Shown: piece by piece, positions 24,601-37,839 of the stretch | Layout: each line of letters begins with the position of its first letter | How positions within the stretch are numbered: position 1 is the first letter of the stretch | From: Marsupella aquatica | Taxonomy: Eukaryota > Plantae > Marchantiophyta | Length of the DNA stretch: 64,000 nt | Assembly: GCA_973895155.1 (NCBI GenBank) | Contig: OZ316898.1 | Span: 11,865,187 to 11,929,186, forward strand | Direction of reading: 5' to 3' | Notes under the pieces: generated by a model | Told to the model about the DNA's origin: nothing | The model's database searches: none | What the model saw: the letters and a program-made list of their open reading frames with translations, nothing else | Program-made: the position numbers and the translations under genes

Positions 24601-25965
24601 AAACTGCTATTCTTCTCTGTAAATTACGATGAGGTAAAGACATGAACAGAGCTGTGAAATTTTCTGGGTTTTGCTAAGTACATCCTCGTAGGTGTTAACA
24701 CAAAATGGTGACAACTCGAAGCCATCTAATGTGAACAATGTTTAATATTTTTGAATCTTCTGATTGCTTCTCATACAGAGCACACAATATGTGCGAAAGG
24801 AAATAGTGCTGCCGAAAGCCGGTATTGCAGACATTGCTGTACGAGCGGATGACAAGATCTGTGCAACTGCTGGTTGGGATAATAGGTTTGTGATGTGATT
24901 TGATTTTCTTGATCGAAATCTATGTTTGTGGAGACCATCAATTTGAGGTTACTAGAATATGTCTTCAAAATATCCCTTTGCAGGTCCCTCTGCTTTTCAA
25001 ATCCACTGTAGCAATTATATCAATATCCACTAGCTTCCAATAAGGTGCACCAGTGCCTACTAGGAGGGATCTTTGATGGATGGCTCGAGCTTGGGCTTGC
25101 TGGAATGACACTGAGATCCGTTGACAGTAGGTCATTGAAATGGATAATGGTGCTCCTGATGAACCAACCCGGGCATGACTGTACCAAGCTACTCGCCAAA
25201 CTAGCTTATCTTACTGATGGTAAAGCTTCCCAAAAGTCTGGATATTTGGGAGGCTTCACCATTAGTTTGATGAGCTATTTCATCAGATAAAGGGCAGCAG
25301 CTACATATGCCAGCTTAAAGTCGAGTGAAAAGTCCAACCCGCGAACAACTCCCTTGCTCCTTTACCATTTCGAGTTAACTTTCTTTCTAGTTGTGTGATT
25401 GCAACTGATGCAGACCTGAATCCTGGATATATTCTTTTTATTACATTTGATTCAGCAGTATCCGATATTATCGCTGTTAAATTAATTGTGGCAGTCATGG
25501 CAACCCCTTGCCCTACATTGTTCTATTGCCTCAAGTTTGCATTTGTAGGACTGGCAGACGGCTGTCATTCAACTCTGGACTTGTGGGCGTGTGAAGGGTT
25601 CGAATCTATGACTATAATCGGAAGCGGCCACTTGCCATACTGAAGTACCACGCGGCTGGGGTATGATCCCTGTTCAAGCAGCAATTGCAAATAGAGGACT
25701 TCTCGTGAAATGTTTTATTTTGATTTCGATTGGAAGGGAATAGGCCTGTGTGATGCGGTGCTTTGCAACATTGGGATCTTTGATGCTGCTGAAGCGATTG
25801 AACTCCTTTCAGTACTTTCTTGTTGCCATGCTCGTTTTCTCAATGAAGATTGTTTGACTGGAACAGGTGACAGGTGTGGTATTTTCAGAAGACCAAAAAC
25901 TACTTGCGTCCTCATCCAATGATGCAACGGTTGCTTTATGGTCACTCTATCCTCCAACAACTTAG
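21655..25965 (+). CDS. DSE1: WD40 protein DECREASED SIZE EXCLUSION LIMIT 1 / TANMEI (GNB1L / yeast Asa1 orthologue), 13 exons
   Basis: Spliced peptide MATTTLGSAPDPVAVLRAHRSAVTAISFHP...DGELKIWD...SQGRDGTVKCW...ESYHFCKLS...GMCMTIQAF...GYEDGSMAVWDLRN...FHSEPVLS...ATAGWDNRVRIYDY...AILKYH...NDATVALWSLYPPTT*. Exons are approximately 21655-21767, 22100-22162, 22257-22325, 22620-22676, 22896-22987, 23160-23233, 23445-23552, 23639-23702, 24088-24170, 24542-24633, 24779-24885, 25597-25660, 25867-25965. Confidence 0.93.
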
Positions 25966-27817
25966 AATGAGCTAAAATTTGTCTCTGTAGAGAGCAGTCC
26001 CAGTGATTACCATACTGCGCGTATTAATTTATCACAATCAATCGTTACCCTCATTGTGATCAGTTCGAGGTGTCATACAAGCCTCACAACTCGAGTTTCA
26101 CTAAGGTCTATGCAGAGTCCTCTACTGCAGTTCACTTAGCTTCCAGTGTCACTCTCGAAAGTAAGGACCTTTGCTCGGATGCATCTGACACCAAAAGACA
26201 GCATCCTTGGTCATAGTTCGTCGAAAACCTTCGACAGCTCGATCACTGGTGATCAGTCTTTTCATGAGCTTTATGCATCCGATAAATGCCTCTCGAACAA
26301 GTGCAGTCTAGAGGAAAAAAATAACGGTTCTGAAATACAAGGATGTATAGTTCCTCATATTGCAGTTGCGAAGGGATTATAAATTGAGCTTGCCAAGGCT
26401 TTCCAATGGTTTTCTCTGTATTTGGCTTCGAGTACTGATAATCACCATTTATTGGAGGAAGTGCTGATATCCAATTCTCCATCAGTGAACGAGTATTTTT
26501 TAGTACTAACGGGGTCCATTATGCTCCTCTAGGTCACAAAGCTATTTTGTTGATGGTTTATTATTAGCCACTATTTGTCGGACAAGTGGTGCTTTCAATA
26601 GCTCTGTGAGCCAACCAGAAGCATTCTCTAACCAGTAACAGCCCCCACTTTGCTCCCGTGAGAGAAGGAACGCGCTCCGTCCGGTTGACTGGTTGAAGGG
26701 CAAACGATTTAAAGGGTTTACCTACAGTACTACTCTCGATTAAGACCACTTTCTGTGCATACAAGTACTTGTGCATCATAAATTTAGAGGAACGTTGAGC
26801 CATCAGACGCTTTTCGCACTAGTTTATCAATATCCTTTGGGACAAAGTGAAAAACAGTCTCTTTACATGTCTCTTCACTCTGTGGAATCTGGTTAGGGTT
26901 TTCTTGGGTGATGTGGAACCTCACGGGGACAATCATTTCGGATGACTAACACTCCTCCGCACGAGTTGTCCGACTCGAGCGAAGAAAACACACGGAAGCC
27001 GGTGGACGAAGGAACATAATCGGTTGAAGAGGCAGTGATGTTGATCACAGCTGCTCTAGAAGAAATCTCGTGTTCTGCCTACACAGCTGTAGCTTTTCGA
27101 AGTTCAAGAAAACCCTTTAGGATTGATCAGAACATATCAATTGTCTCGTTGTTTTGGTCTTTCCGATAGTTCCTGTCCCGATCAGCAACGCAAAATGTGA
27201 CGAAGGGACACATAAACGGAAACCTGCTCTAATTCCAATCACATCGTCTCGTCATTAACATGAGAACTGGAATAATGTGTCAACCGATCCTACTATGCGC
27301 ATCAAGATGCGGGTGACGAGACAATTGACTAATCATGAAGAACCAACCATGTCCAGGACAGCCCACGAAGGCCGGAGTAAGAGTCGAACCGTCAATGCAA
27401 AACAATTCTCGCCATAAACGAGCCTGATTCACATGCGTGTGATGGCCAATGAGGCCGAACTATTGCTCGTCATGCGATGATATTAATGATATATCTATAC
27501 AAAAGTAAACATATTCACAGATACAGACCATTTGCTACATATTCTACTGCTTTACGAAGAGAAAACTACTTAAAGAACATCGCCCACCGCGTCAAGTTGA
27601 CAAACTCGGTACTGGAAGTAAACGCCGTGTATCAATAGGCACCTAAAGACCAACTAAAACCTGTACACTATCTACTGCTCCATGGAGAGACAGAAACAGA
27701 AGAATAGATGAATAATTTACCGCGAACGCGCTCCTGAGACTCACAAGAGTGTTCACAATCTCGACAGTGAATTGAATCAACTCCGTTCAGGAGTCAAACT
27801 TTCCAAACTGGCTCCTA

Positions 27818-29074
27818 CTACCAATCCATTGTACGAACCTTTGGGAGTGTCCTCTCAACCTCCGGCTCCATTTCGGGTTCAGGCTCTGGAGGACGAAATT
27901 CAGGAGATTCTAGATCGGCCAAGTTCTTTAGATCCACCATGGAAAGGTTGTTAAGCCTCCTAACGACTAAATCCGCAGCCCCTAGCTCAAAGATGGGATG
28001 CTTCCCTGCAACGGCAACGCACTTCATGAAAGCGTCATGAGCGGCCTCCACACTGGTGTTGGAATTGCCAAACACAATACACCGCTCGGCTATGAAGTTG
28101 AGGCGCTCCGCAGCGTACATGAACATCTCGGGATCTGGTTTCCCCCTGTACACATCCTCTGAGGCAAGAATTAGGTTAAAGAACCCCTCCATGCCCACCG
28201 CTTCAATCGCCCTCTCAATATACTTTCTCGGTCTCGTAGACGCAATAGCGATCGGTACGTCGTACTTCTTAAGATTCTCGACGAACTCCCGTGATCCGGG
28301 CAACAATCTGTACATTCCACCCTGCATCTCTTCGTATAGTTCCTCTTTCCTCGCCGCCAAGCGCTTGACCTGTCTGACGTCTCGAGACCAGCAGAGAACC
28401 TCCATAATCGCTTGCTCATTCTTCATCCCCTCTGCCCGCTTAAGTATAAACGTCGGAGGTGGTCGTCTTCCCTCTTCCTCTGCCAGAGCTGTCCAACTGT
28501 TTCGCTCTAGCTCTGCATCGTCCTCTACGATGACTCCTTCCCACTCCAAAATCACCCCCAGCCACCCGCATCCCATGCGATGTTGACGAAGGAGAGGATT
28601 ATGCAACGAAATGTCGTCTGCCCTATTCTCCGGAGCTAGAGACTTAAGCTGTTTCGAGTTCGAGGCATGGTAAGAAGTCTCCAGCGACTTCATCGCCTCA
28701 TCATGGCGTGAATGTGATGTCTCCTCAGTGGCGTCCAAAGAGAACGCACGGACAGAACATTCTACCTTATATTCGTTGTTCTTGCTAAAACGGCCCAAGC
28801 GATCGTATACACCACCAACTCGACCTCGACCAGGCGATGATCCGAACTTGGATCCAAATTCACCGTTGAGCCAAGAGAGTGAGTTCTCCAAAATGACTGG
28901 TACAACGCGCTGGTGATTCGAGGAATATCTAACGCTATTCAACGGGCTAGGAGAGGCAGCAGAAACTTCTGAACTTCGAATACTCGCGGAACACGATTCC
29001 ACACCCAATGCTTTGCCTGAGGAGAGGTGAGCAATCACACCCGGCCCCAGAGCAACCAGCCGGACTGCAGCCAT
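27818..29074 (-). CDS. PYRP2: 5-amino-6-(5-phospho-D-ribitylamino)uracil phosphatase, chloroplastic (HAD family, riboflavin biosynthesis), single coding exon
   Basis: 418-aa ORF with a Ser-rich transit-peptide-like N-terminus, then LHNPLLRQHRMGCGWLGVILEWEGVIVED, EGMKNEQAIMEVLCWSRD, EDVYRGKPDPEMF and ERCIVFGNSN, as in the Arabidopsis PYRP2 family. Confidence 0.9.
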   Translation of the reverse strand: MAAVRLVALGPGVIAHLSSGKALGVESCSASIRSSEVSAASPSPLNSVRYSSNHQRVVPVILENSLSWLNGEFGSKFGSSPGRGRVGGVYDRLGRFSKNNEYKVECSVRAFSLDATEETSHSRHDEAMKSLETSYHASNSKQLKSLAPENRADDISLHNPLLRQHRMGCGWLGVILEWEGVIVEDDAELERNSWTALAEEEGRRPPPTFILKRAEGMKNEQAIMEVLCWSRDVRQVKRLAARKEELYEEMQGGMYRLLPGSREFVENLKKYDVPIAIASTRPRKYIERAIEAVGMEGFFNLILASEDVYRGKPDPEMFMYAAERLNFIAERCIVFGNSNTSVEAAHDAFMKCVAVAGKHPIFELGAADLVVRRLNNLSMVDLKNLADLESPEFRPPEPEPEMEPEVERTLPKVRTMDW

Positions 29075-30959
29075 GGTGCTGCTGTCAAACCGACCTCAAG
29101 ATCGACGTTCGCTCCGCTCGATACCCCACAACGATATTGAAGGGCTACACCTGGCGCGACAATATCGATTCTTCCTCGAAGAAATGACCAAAATTGATCG
29201 GATCAATTTCCCTAAACACCTCTTTACAACTCAAACTCTAACCCCTGTACAAAGAAGAACAATCCTGAAAGAGAACAGCGGACTCCCAGATTTGAAATAG
29301 CTCCAACAGCACCAACCCCCGCGCCAATTCCTAGCTTATAAAAGGCACAAAAGAGACCTTCAAGGAGCCAAAAGACGCCTTGCTGCTGCAGCACACTCCG
29401 TCCTCTACACGAGCTAATCGCAACCGACGAACGAATGAACGAAAGAAGCAGAGCAGGACACCACAGAGCAGAGAAAGCAGACCAGCCCTCAAGCGATGTC
29501 CAGGAAACGATGCCGTCCCACACAAGATAGGTAAGCGCGTCCTAGGCAACGATTCTTGCCGCTCGTCGACCTGGCTGCTTCCCGTCCTCCCTCACTTGCT
29601 CCTCTCGTTTCTGCCCTCCCTCTGCAACTTTGCAAGTGATGCAAGGCACCACACTCTACAGCAGTACCGAGACCACCAACACAGGACCGGAACCTTCCCC
29701 TACTCCAGCACAAAAAAGCGAATTGTGCGCTGGTGTGACGTGGGATCCAGGAAACACGCCGGGCCAGGATTTACAACACAACTCAAATCGAACTACGACC
29801 GTCGGCTGCGATTCTAACCAAATTACACCTCTCTGTCCCACCTCAGTACCTCACCATGAACTATTGACACCACAGGATCTACAGTTCGGCTCGAATCGAT
29901 TTCCGATTTTTTTTCACTGCGAATCAGTCCTCTCCGTCGCCCCTCAGCGTGAAGGATGGACAACAGAAAAAGGAAGGGAGAGGAAGCAGCTCGAGAGAGG
30001 ACCCGCACTCTGCAGCAATGAAGTCAACTTATTATTGCGGAAGTCTGAAGGAGCCCAACACAAGACCCAAGACCCACCAATGGCTGGATTACTATTGGAT
30101 TGAGTTGGTCAATCCGACTAACTGTAGGTCGTTTGTTTGTTCGAACTCGTGATTAGCGCAGACGCTTGGCATTTAATAGATTGGATCGGGAGGAGGCGAC
30201 ACGCCGGACTGTACGCCGGGATCGGTGTCTCTTCGTCGAGGACGCACGTCCGTCCGATCACTTCTTGTAATGTACACGTGCTACTTTCTTGTTCGCGAAT
30301 CTTTCGTCGGACATGACTGTGGTTTTCTGGCGGATCACATCTGACGGCTTGTTTTCTCACCACGTAGTCTGCCGGGGCCGGCACGCCATCAGTAAGTTGC
30401 TGACTCCCGTTCCGATGTTCGCTGTGTGGTGTGAATCTGGTCGCTGGCTGGTTTTATGTACAGCAGGTGTCCCCATGGAACCTGGACCTCCTGCCCCAAC
30501 GCTCCGCCCTCCCCCCCCCCCACCTTCCCCCTTTGCCTTCGTTTCTCTTCCCCTTCATTGGGACTTTTGCCTGTGGGACCATGTCTCCCGTTTGGGAGTC
30601 TCTTGTTTTTTGGCTGAGTGATATATATTACTCAAGGCTTCCTACAGCATCTTTCATCTGATATACACCTGGGAAATTGTTACTCACTTTTGGCAAGAAT
30701 TGGCCAGGTTTTTCTGTTTCTCACAACCAAGACCCTTTACCTTTCAGTAACCTTTTCGAGCACACAATAAATAATTAAATGTTGCCATGGACATCCAAGA
30801 AAAATTATGCTCTTAATTGGATTGAGCCAGCTCTAAAGCAAGCTTAGTAAAAAACATTCTGATGGAAGATTGCAAAACCAGGTTACTATTAGTAGTCAGA
30901 AGAATATGATGGTTATCCCTTAAATTTAGGGAGATTTACTCGTTATCGATTAGACAAGG

Positions 30960-33900
30960 AACATTCTCAATGTCTGCCTAGTTAGTTTTAGTCTCTCTCT
31001 CTTTCTTGGTTTTTAGGGGTTCCCTATTGTTCATTTCTTACTTTTAGTTCCTCTTTCTTGGTGTTTAGTGGTTCCCTTTTGTTCACTTCTTTTTCGATTG
31101 GTTTTGTCCACTTGGGCCCTCTTTTGTTTGTTCATTTGTACTCTGTTTGGTCCCTTTGTATATAAAAAGTGTGTATATTTGCTTTAAAATAACAAACCCC
31201 CCAAAAAAACCAAAAAAGTCACCCTTGTCCTGGACCCCCTCAGTCCCAACCCGCCTCCAATTCAACATCTTTGTTGGCTACTGCGTAGCACAGCGAACCT
31301 TTGGGTCACTGGCCTTATCCAGCGCAGTACAATTTGGTGGGCACCATTATGGTTTGCCAGCACCTCGGGCTTGCAAAGTGGCAGTCAAACAAAAATATCT
31401 GGGCCAAGTTTTCCCAGTCCACAACACTCCACGAGGTGTCATTGTTCAATCTTCAAGGCATGTGATACAAGAAGAGCACCCTCGGATTACCATAGGCCAG
31501 AACAGAATGATGTGGCAAAGGCTGTGACAAGAGACAACCAGATTTCTGTACACAGAATTTGTTATTTTATTATTGTTTTTGAAAGAAAGAAGGAACCCCG
31601 AACCCAAGCCCTAGTGACAAGGTTGCCCAGCTTGACTGTGACTTGCGAGAGGGAAAACCATGAAAATCTATGTGACACTGGTGTGACTATACTCTTCAGG
31701 ACTCACAATCTAGAGTGAAACATTTAGACCATGATTCAGGGGCGTAACTCAAGTTGCGGATTGGGGCAGAAGTTAGTCTCTGAAAATGGCAGAGTGGGTG
31801 AGTCCAATTGGATACAACTTGGTGAACAGGCAATTGGCTTGAATGTCCTCACATCTGTTTCTGCTCAAAGAATTTGCAGTCAGGCAATATTACTAACCAC
31901 AACCCTTGGGCCAAATAAATTACAAAATGGTCGTGGACCAGACAAGCAAAGGGGCATGCTTCAAAACCAGGGGATAACATCCACTAATCACCAAACCTAA
32001 GCCTCAGGCAACCAATCAACTGGCCTAACGAGGCAGAAACAGCAAGGAACAATGTCGAATGTACACAAAGGTCCTGGAAAGGAAAAACACCAAGGGAACC
32101 AAATATGGCAACACCCAACCCGGCCCCATGTGTAAAGGGAGAGACCCTGACTAAGCTGCCACAACACTGCTGTATCCCCTGATAGCACTCAGCTGACACT
32201 TGAGACAAAATAGAAGACCCCTATTGCTCTCGATCCAGAAATTGAGTAAAACTAAGAGAGTCAAACAACAAGCATTGCAAGATGGACTCTAAGCAGCCAC
32301 GGGATAGACTGTAAGCCGGGGCACACAAGAACTTCCATTGTTGTGGTAGGTGCTCTGGCCAACTGCAACAGCACCGTGGGGCAATGAGAATAGAGTTTTT
32401 AGAAAAGGTTGTTTTGCCGCATCCTCAGACCACGCTTCAGGAGACAACAGAAGTTGATGTTCATACACAATAGATTCGTAGTCTTCCCAAGAGGAGTTGA
32501 ATTTCATGGGATTCCTCAAACTGATTGAAATTGGGTGTACTCAAGGGTTAACTTGGTGTATTTCTTTGCATACCAGTGCAATCCTACCTAATTGAAATAC
32601 CTTTATTCTTTGTTCTAGTAATATTTGCATGAGTTTGCTCATGTCCACACAGATTGAAATCGCCTCCAAATAAGTCTCAATCATCCCCAAGCCATGTTTG
32701 CCTGTTGGGATGCCTTTCCTTTTCCAAGAATATGTTAGTGAACGTTGCATTAAAGACTACCAACAGTACACTCATTATAAGAACATTAGCTCAATACTCA
32801 TGCATTGCATAAAAGATGTCCTGTGCAAAAAAGATGTTATGTAGAAGAGATGTTGTGGAGCAAGCCCAGGAGCAAGAGACTACATTGGGCAAAAGATACA
32901 GTCGTGTAAAAAATGAAGTTGTGTAAAGGATATCATTTGTAGAAAAGATATTCTTGTGCAAAAGATATCTCTGTGTAGATGACGTTTGTGGAGAAAATGT
33001 ATTGTTTGAAGATGACATTTTGTAAAAGATGTCATCCGTGTCCCAATCCATATGCAGGAGTCATTAATAGAAATTGATTCTATGTTTTATTTATTTCCTT
33101 GCATAGTTTTCTATTGGTAACTTAGATTTTATTATACTCACACCTTATAAAAAGTCGCCCCTCTCTTTCCCAACAGAGAGAAAAAGCCACACCACACAAC
33201 ATTCAAAAATGGAAAAAAAAAACCTACTTAGTTGGTCATGTTATACCCTAACTAGACTCCATGGTTACCTTAACCATAGTTACCGTATAGGATAACTCGG
33301 ACGGAGACTATATAAAGAGATGCACCCATTCATTCTATAGAGAGGAATCTCATTATCATTTCCCGCATCATTCCTCAACACGTTATCAGCACTACTCTAG
33401 ACCAGCTGAGCTTGATCATGAATTTTTTTTAGGAATTTCTCTATGGCTATGATGAATGAATGTTCTCTTAAGGATTTCCAAGTTATGGAGGAGAATTGAA
33501 TTGGGAGTGAGAAGGCTAGTAGTTTGAACCACCAAGAGAACATGAGTCACGTTGAAGCAACGACAGGATGTAGCATTGTGGTCGCGCCGAGAGCAAGCTT
33601 ATGAAGGCTGTGATATGATCAAAAGAAATTTTGTTTTGAAAGGTGATTCTGAAGATCGTGTGGGAAAGCAGTATTCAAGGCAATGATTTGAGTCAAATGG
33701 AAAGCTATGGCTGAGGCAAGAGAGATCGAGTTCAGCCGCACTGCTTCACCTGATTGAGCATTGGGCTTCACCTGATCAAGAGACTACATTGGGCTTCACC
33801 TGATCAACCTAAATCGCAATCAAAAGAATGAGCCAAAGCGACAAGTGAGATTTCAAGAGACACACATGAGTGACTTAAACATGCAACATTGATCTCAAAA

Positions 33901-36900
33901 TCCTCGAGAAAAACTCGAACACCAGATAAGTGCAACCCTCATTAAATGCACACTATAGTAAAGAGTTTCTGAAATACAAATGCTTGGGGTGCACTTATCC
34001 AAAGACAAGAGAATCCCATGTGCTTCAGTGCAAAATCTTCATTTTTGAAAAACTATCCATATATGCACATATTAACAAAGAAAATCTTGTTGACAACGGA
34101 TGTTTTGCACTTATGGATAAACAAATGAAATGGAAAATGATAAGTGCACATTGCAAATTTATACAGCAATTTACACAGTTTACACATGTAAACACATCAA
34201 CTGGTTTAGGGAAATTACATGTCACTTGTTGAATTTGCATACATTAACATGCCTTACATGTGCAACACATGCTTTACATGCATTTGACATATTTACATGT
34301 CATACCACCCTTACTTGACTTTGCACATTGGAAATAATGGTTTTATACCAAATACCTCTACTTTCCATTTACAAAGTGGTTATTACACCCATTTCAATCA
34401 CAAAATGGTTTTTACACCATTTTACAAAAACCATTTTACACCCCTAGTTTACACCTAATGATACCATCCTAGATTATACCTCATGACACCGGCCAGTTTA
34501 CACTGGTGTATGTCTTACCATTTTATAATCCCATGCTTTACATTGGGTTTATACTTGTTTACACTGGTTACACCAGATTACACTTGCTTATAGCATTTAC
34601 ACTGGTTTACACCAATTTACACCATCAGGGGGAGTAAACTTTGGTCCATACACTTTTTGTGTGTAAATTGACCATTTACAACTTTTACACCAATTGACAT
34701 GGGTTTACACCCATTTACACCCTACATTAGGGCAATATCTTACCTGAGGGTCTTATCCTCATGGCCTTTACACCATAAACAACTCAAACGAGAGTGTCAT
34801 TGTTCGGTGGGATGATAGTTTTTAAGTATGGAACTAATACCATACCTTTAACCATGCTCTATGACCTAGTTTTTGAGGTATTTTGGTAAGGTATAGATTT
34901 TCTGAGATCCAGTGATCGATGGCAGATATGTTTCTCACGAAAGATCCAGAATAATCTAAGGTACAGTACTTCAGGTTAGTTCCATGACCTTAGTTTCCGG
35001 CCATATCCAAAAGCGGATAATCAATAACCCTTTAGGGGTTTGACTGTGAATATTTAGATAGCGAATCACTTTGAGCTAGCATTTTTCTGTGCTATGACAC
35101 ACATGGACGTTCGACTGAATGTTCGGATTCCATAGGGTTATTTGTGAAGTTATATTGACTTGACACTTTTTGTCAAAATTTGAGAAATGCAGACGTGCAG
35201 GTCAAACATGCCATATTATACACACACCCGCTGGTGTTGTGAATGCACACCCTTTGGTGCTGCAGATTATTTTTCACATAAAAACTATTTGATACTACAT
35301 GTTTTTGAAATCTAAGATTGAGAGATTTCTTTGTGTGTCGACTACACACGCTTGCGAATTGTGCATTTTGCACAAGAACCCTCTATTTAAGAATCTAATT
35401 AGGAGTCCTTGAACTCTAAGGGAGAGTTTCGATATTTGAGTTTTACGAGAATAATATATTCCTCGAAACCTTGTTTAGAAGGGGAGATCATATTTTTCGG
35501 ACTTTTTACATCCCATACTTTACGCACTCAGTTGCACGAGATGACATTATTTATTATTATACTTTACACTTTGCGCAGATGAGCCACGGACAAGTGATTT
35601 TATGATAATAACTTAATTACTAATCATTTTTTCATATATGTTTTAATTTGTATTCGATGCGAGGATGTATGTGCGGATGTATGCGCGATGGTGAGCGATT
35701 TGGAGACATGTCGCGTTGTTGTTGAGTCGTTGAGCATACGACAACTTGTTCATTTTGACGGAGTGGAGTTGTTGCTGTTAACTCCACATACCACCGGATT
35801 CACTTGAGGACCGACAGGGCTGTACTCTTTTTCCTTTAGAGCTGAGATATTATTTTTTCTCTGTTACCCTGATAGAGTTTTTTAGAGCTGTTAAAGGTTT
35901 TAACGAGGCAGTACCTTCCTCATTTGTACTCAAATCATGTCATGTCATGTTTATAAGCATGATAATCTAGTTAGAAGACTTTTTGTCTACATAGTTATCA
36001 CTATATAGCCAAGGGGGAGTGTTATACCCTAACTAGACTCCATGGTTACCTTAACCATAGTTACCGTATAGGATAACTCGGACGGAGACTATATAAAGAG
36101 ATGCACCCATTCATTCTATAGAGAGGAATCTCATTATCATTTCCCGCATCATTCCTCAACAGGTCAACCTTTTTCCAATAGCCCAATCATGGGTTCAGTT
36201 GAATCTGGAGTTCAATTTGACCCATATGTCCTAGCAAAAAAACCAAGCTCCAAACAACAATCAGCGCAAACTCAATGTCCACTACAGGACAACCAGATTT
36301 ACCTTTGATTTCCCAGGAATCTAGAAGACTCACAACTTACAGATGATTTTTTCCCTTGAAAACTTACAGATGATTTTTTAAGAAGAAGACATCAAATTGA
36401 AGAGACTTATGCTATCCAAACATTAAGTACCGACTGTGCAAATCGTCTGAATAGTTTTCAAACTCTATTAGGAGAGTGCTTCAGGATTACATACCCTGCA
36501 TAATCTACTCTCCTCCAGCAAATTAAGCCTTCTCAGTTCATCAAGACCAAAACGCAAGATCAGTCACAGCTATGCCACACTATGAGACAAGTTCTGGCAT
36601 CACATTGTATGTGACCAGACAGGTCAGGTCAAATTATGTTACAATCAAGTGCATTATTTTGTGTGAAACAAGATTACATGTACCCTGCATAATCTACTCT
36701 CCTCCAGCAAATTAAGCCTTCTCTCAACTGTTCATGATCAACATACAAAATGCAAAAAGGTAGGATCAATGTCTCTTCGGGGTAGGATTAGCCTGAAAAG
36801 AGGGTTCACACTCCTGTAAACCCTGCCACTGTTTTTCTTGTTAATTCCTGGGCAGATCCCTACCTTGCCAGCCTGGCTAGAGGGTTGCTAGTCTCATAGT

Positions 36901-37515
36901 CCCCAGCCAGCCTCACTAAATGTCAAAAAACTTAAAGTTTATGTGGAAAAGAGTGTTGGAGGTTACATATGCTTACCCATGGCCTGTTGGGGGGACATGA
37001 TAACCCTATGCCCAATCCCAGAAAAATTGAGGTCTGCCAATGCTCCCTACTCTGACTCGCAATCGCCCCTCACCCTATGTCACCCACCCACTCGCTGGCC
37101 CATCCATTCATGATCATCCAGGAGTTAGGGGACTGAAATAGGATAAGGCTGAAGGTGTAAGGGGCAAGAGGGGCCTTGGGGAGAGGAAACGTAGGAGGGG
37201 GCCAGGAGGGGTTCACAGAATGGGCAAAGAGGGGCTTGGAAAAGTAGAAGAAAGTACAAACTTTTGATATTTAGATGATGTTTGTGAGATATACTCGCAT
37301 GGGGAGTCTGGTTGGTAAAGGGAGCCTTCTTATCTATACTCACTTGTGTTCTGTCTAATTCTTATTCTTATATGTCAAGTCTAGAATAGTAAGTGAGTCT
37401 AGAATAGTAAGGGGCAGGGTATGAGGAGATTTTGATATTTATTGGTGTGAGTAGGGACTATGGGTGGTGCGGGGAGCCCTTCCCCTGCCTACTTCCTTGT
37501 ATCACAAAAAAATAA
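30960..37515 (+). mobile_element. Degenerate repeat tract, possibly non-LTR (LINE-like) remnants, interrupted by the LTR element
   Basis: No intact ORFs; A-rich tail-like ends at ~31200-31218 and ~37505-37515. Family assignment is only an impression. Confidence 0.25.
33239..36161 (+). mobile_element. Non-autonomous Ty1/copia (Bianca-like) LTR retroelement, recent insertion
   Basis: Two 142-bp LTRs with TG...CA ends (33239-33380 and 36020-36161), identical by eye. 5-bp TSD GGTCA on both sides (33234-33238, 36162-36166), PBS cgttatcagcac at 33381, PPT aagggggag at 36011-36019, and no long internal ORF. Confidence 0.93.
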
Positions 37516-37546
37516 ATTGTAAAAACCAAGGAGCCCTTCTTACAAT

Positions 37547-37839
37547 TGTAAGAAACCGACAACTCCCAACTAGACAGCAATGTGGAACATGAAAGCACTC
37601 AATCTCACACTACACCAACAAGACGCCACGATGGAGAAACTCCTGTAAAATCCATAGCTCATGAAAAAGTACATGTGAAAAATGAGAGAGACAATGCTCT
37701 TCCTCCAACCTATACCCCCTAGGGGGGCAAGATGTGTGGGCCTAATCTAAGCGGACCTTGTCCTAATCTAATCCAAGGTTAACTAACCCTAGAAAGGCCA
37801 AACTAACTAAAATCCGGGAACTCGAGTCAATTCCTAACA
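37547..37839 (-). mobile_element. Solo LTR (~293 bp)
   Basis: Termini tgtaagaaa...ttcctaaca form an imperfect inverted repeat; flanks acaat/acact are a 5-bp TSD with one mismatch. Confidence 0.6.

Noticed and set aside
28056-28586. 176-aa plus-strand ORF
   Set aside because: Antisense to PYRP2 with no independent motif.
29224-30661. Cluster of 60-157 aa ORFs upstream of PYRP2
   Set aside because: GC-rich promoter/5'UTR sequence with overlapping ORFs on both strands and no recognisable homology.
33975-34035. KCLGCTYPKTRESHVLQC as a gag zinc knuckle
   Set aside because: Spacing does not fit CX2CX4HX4C, and the ORF is short with no other gag features.
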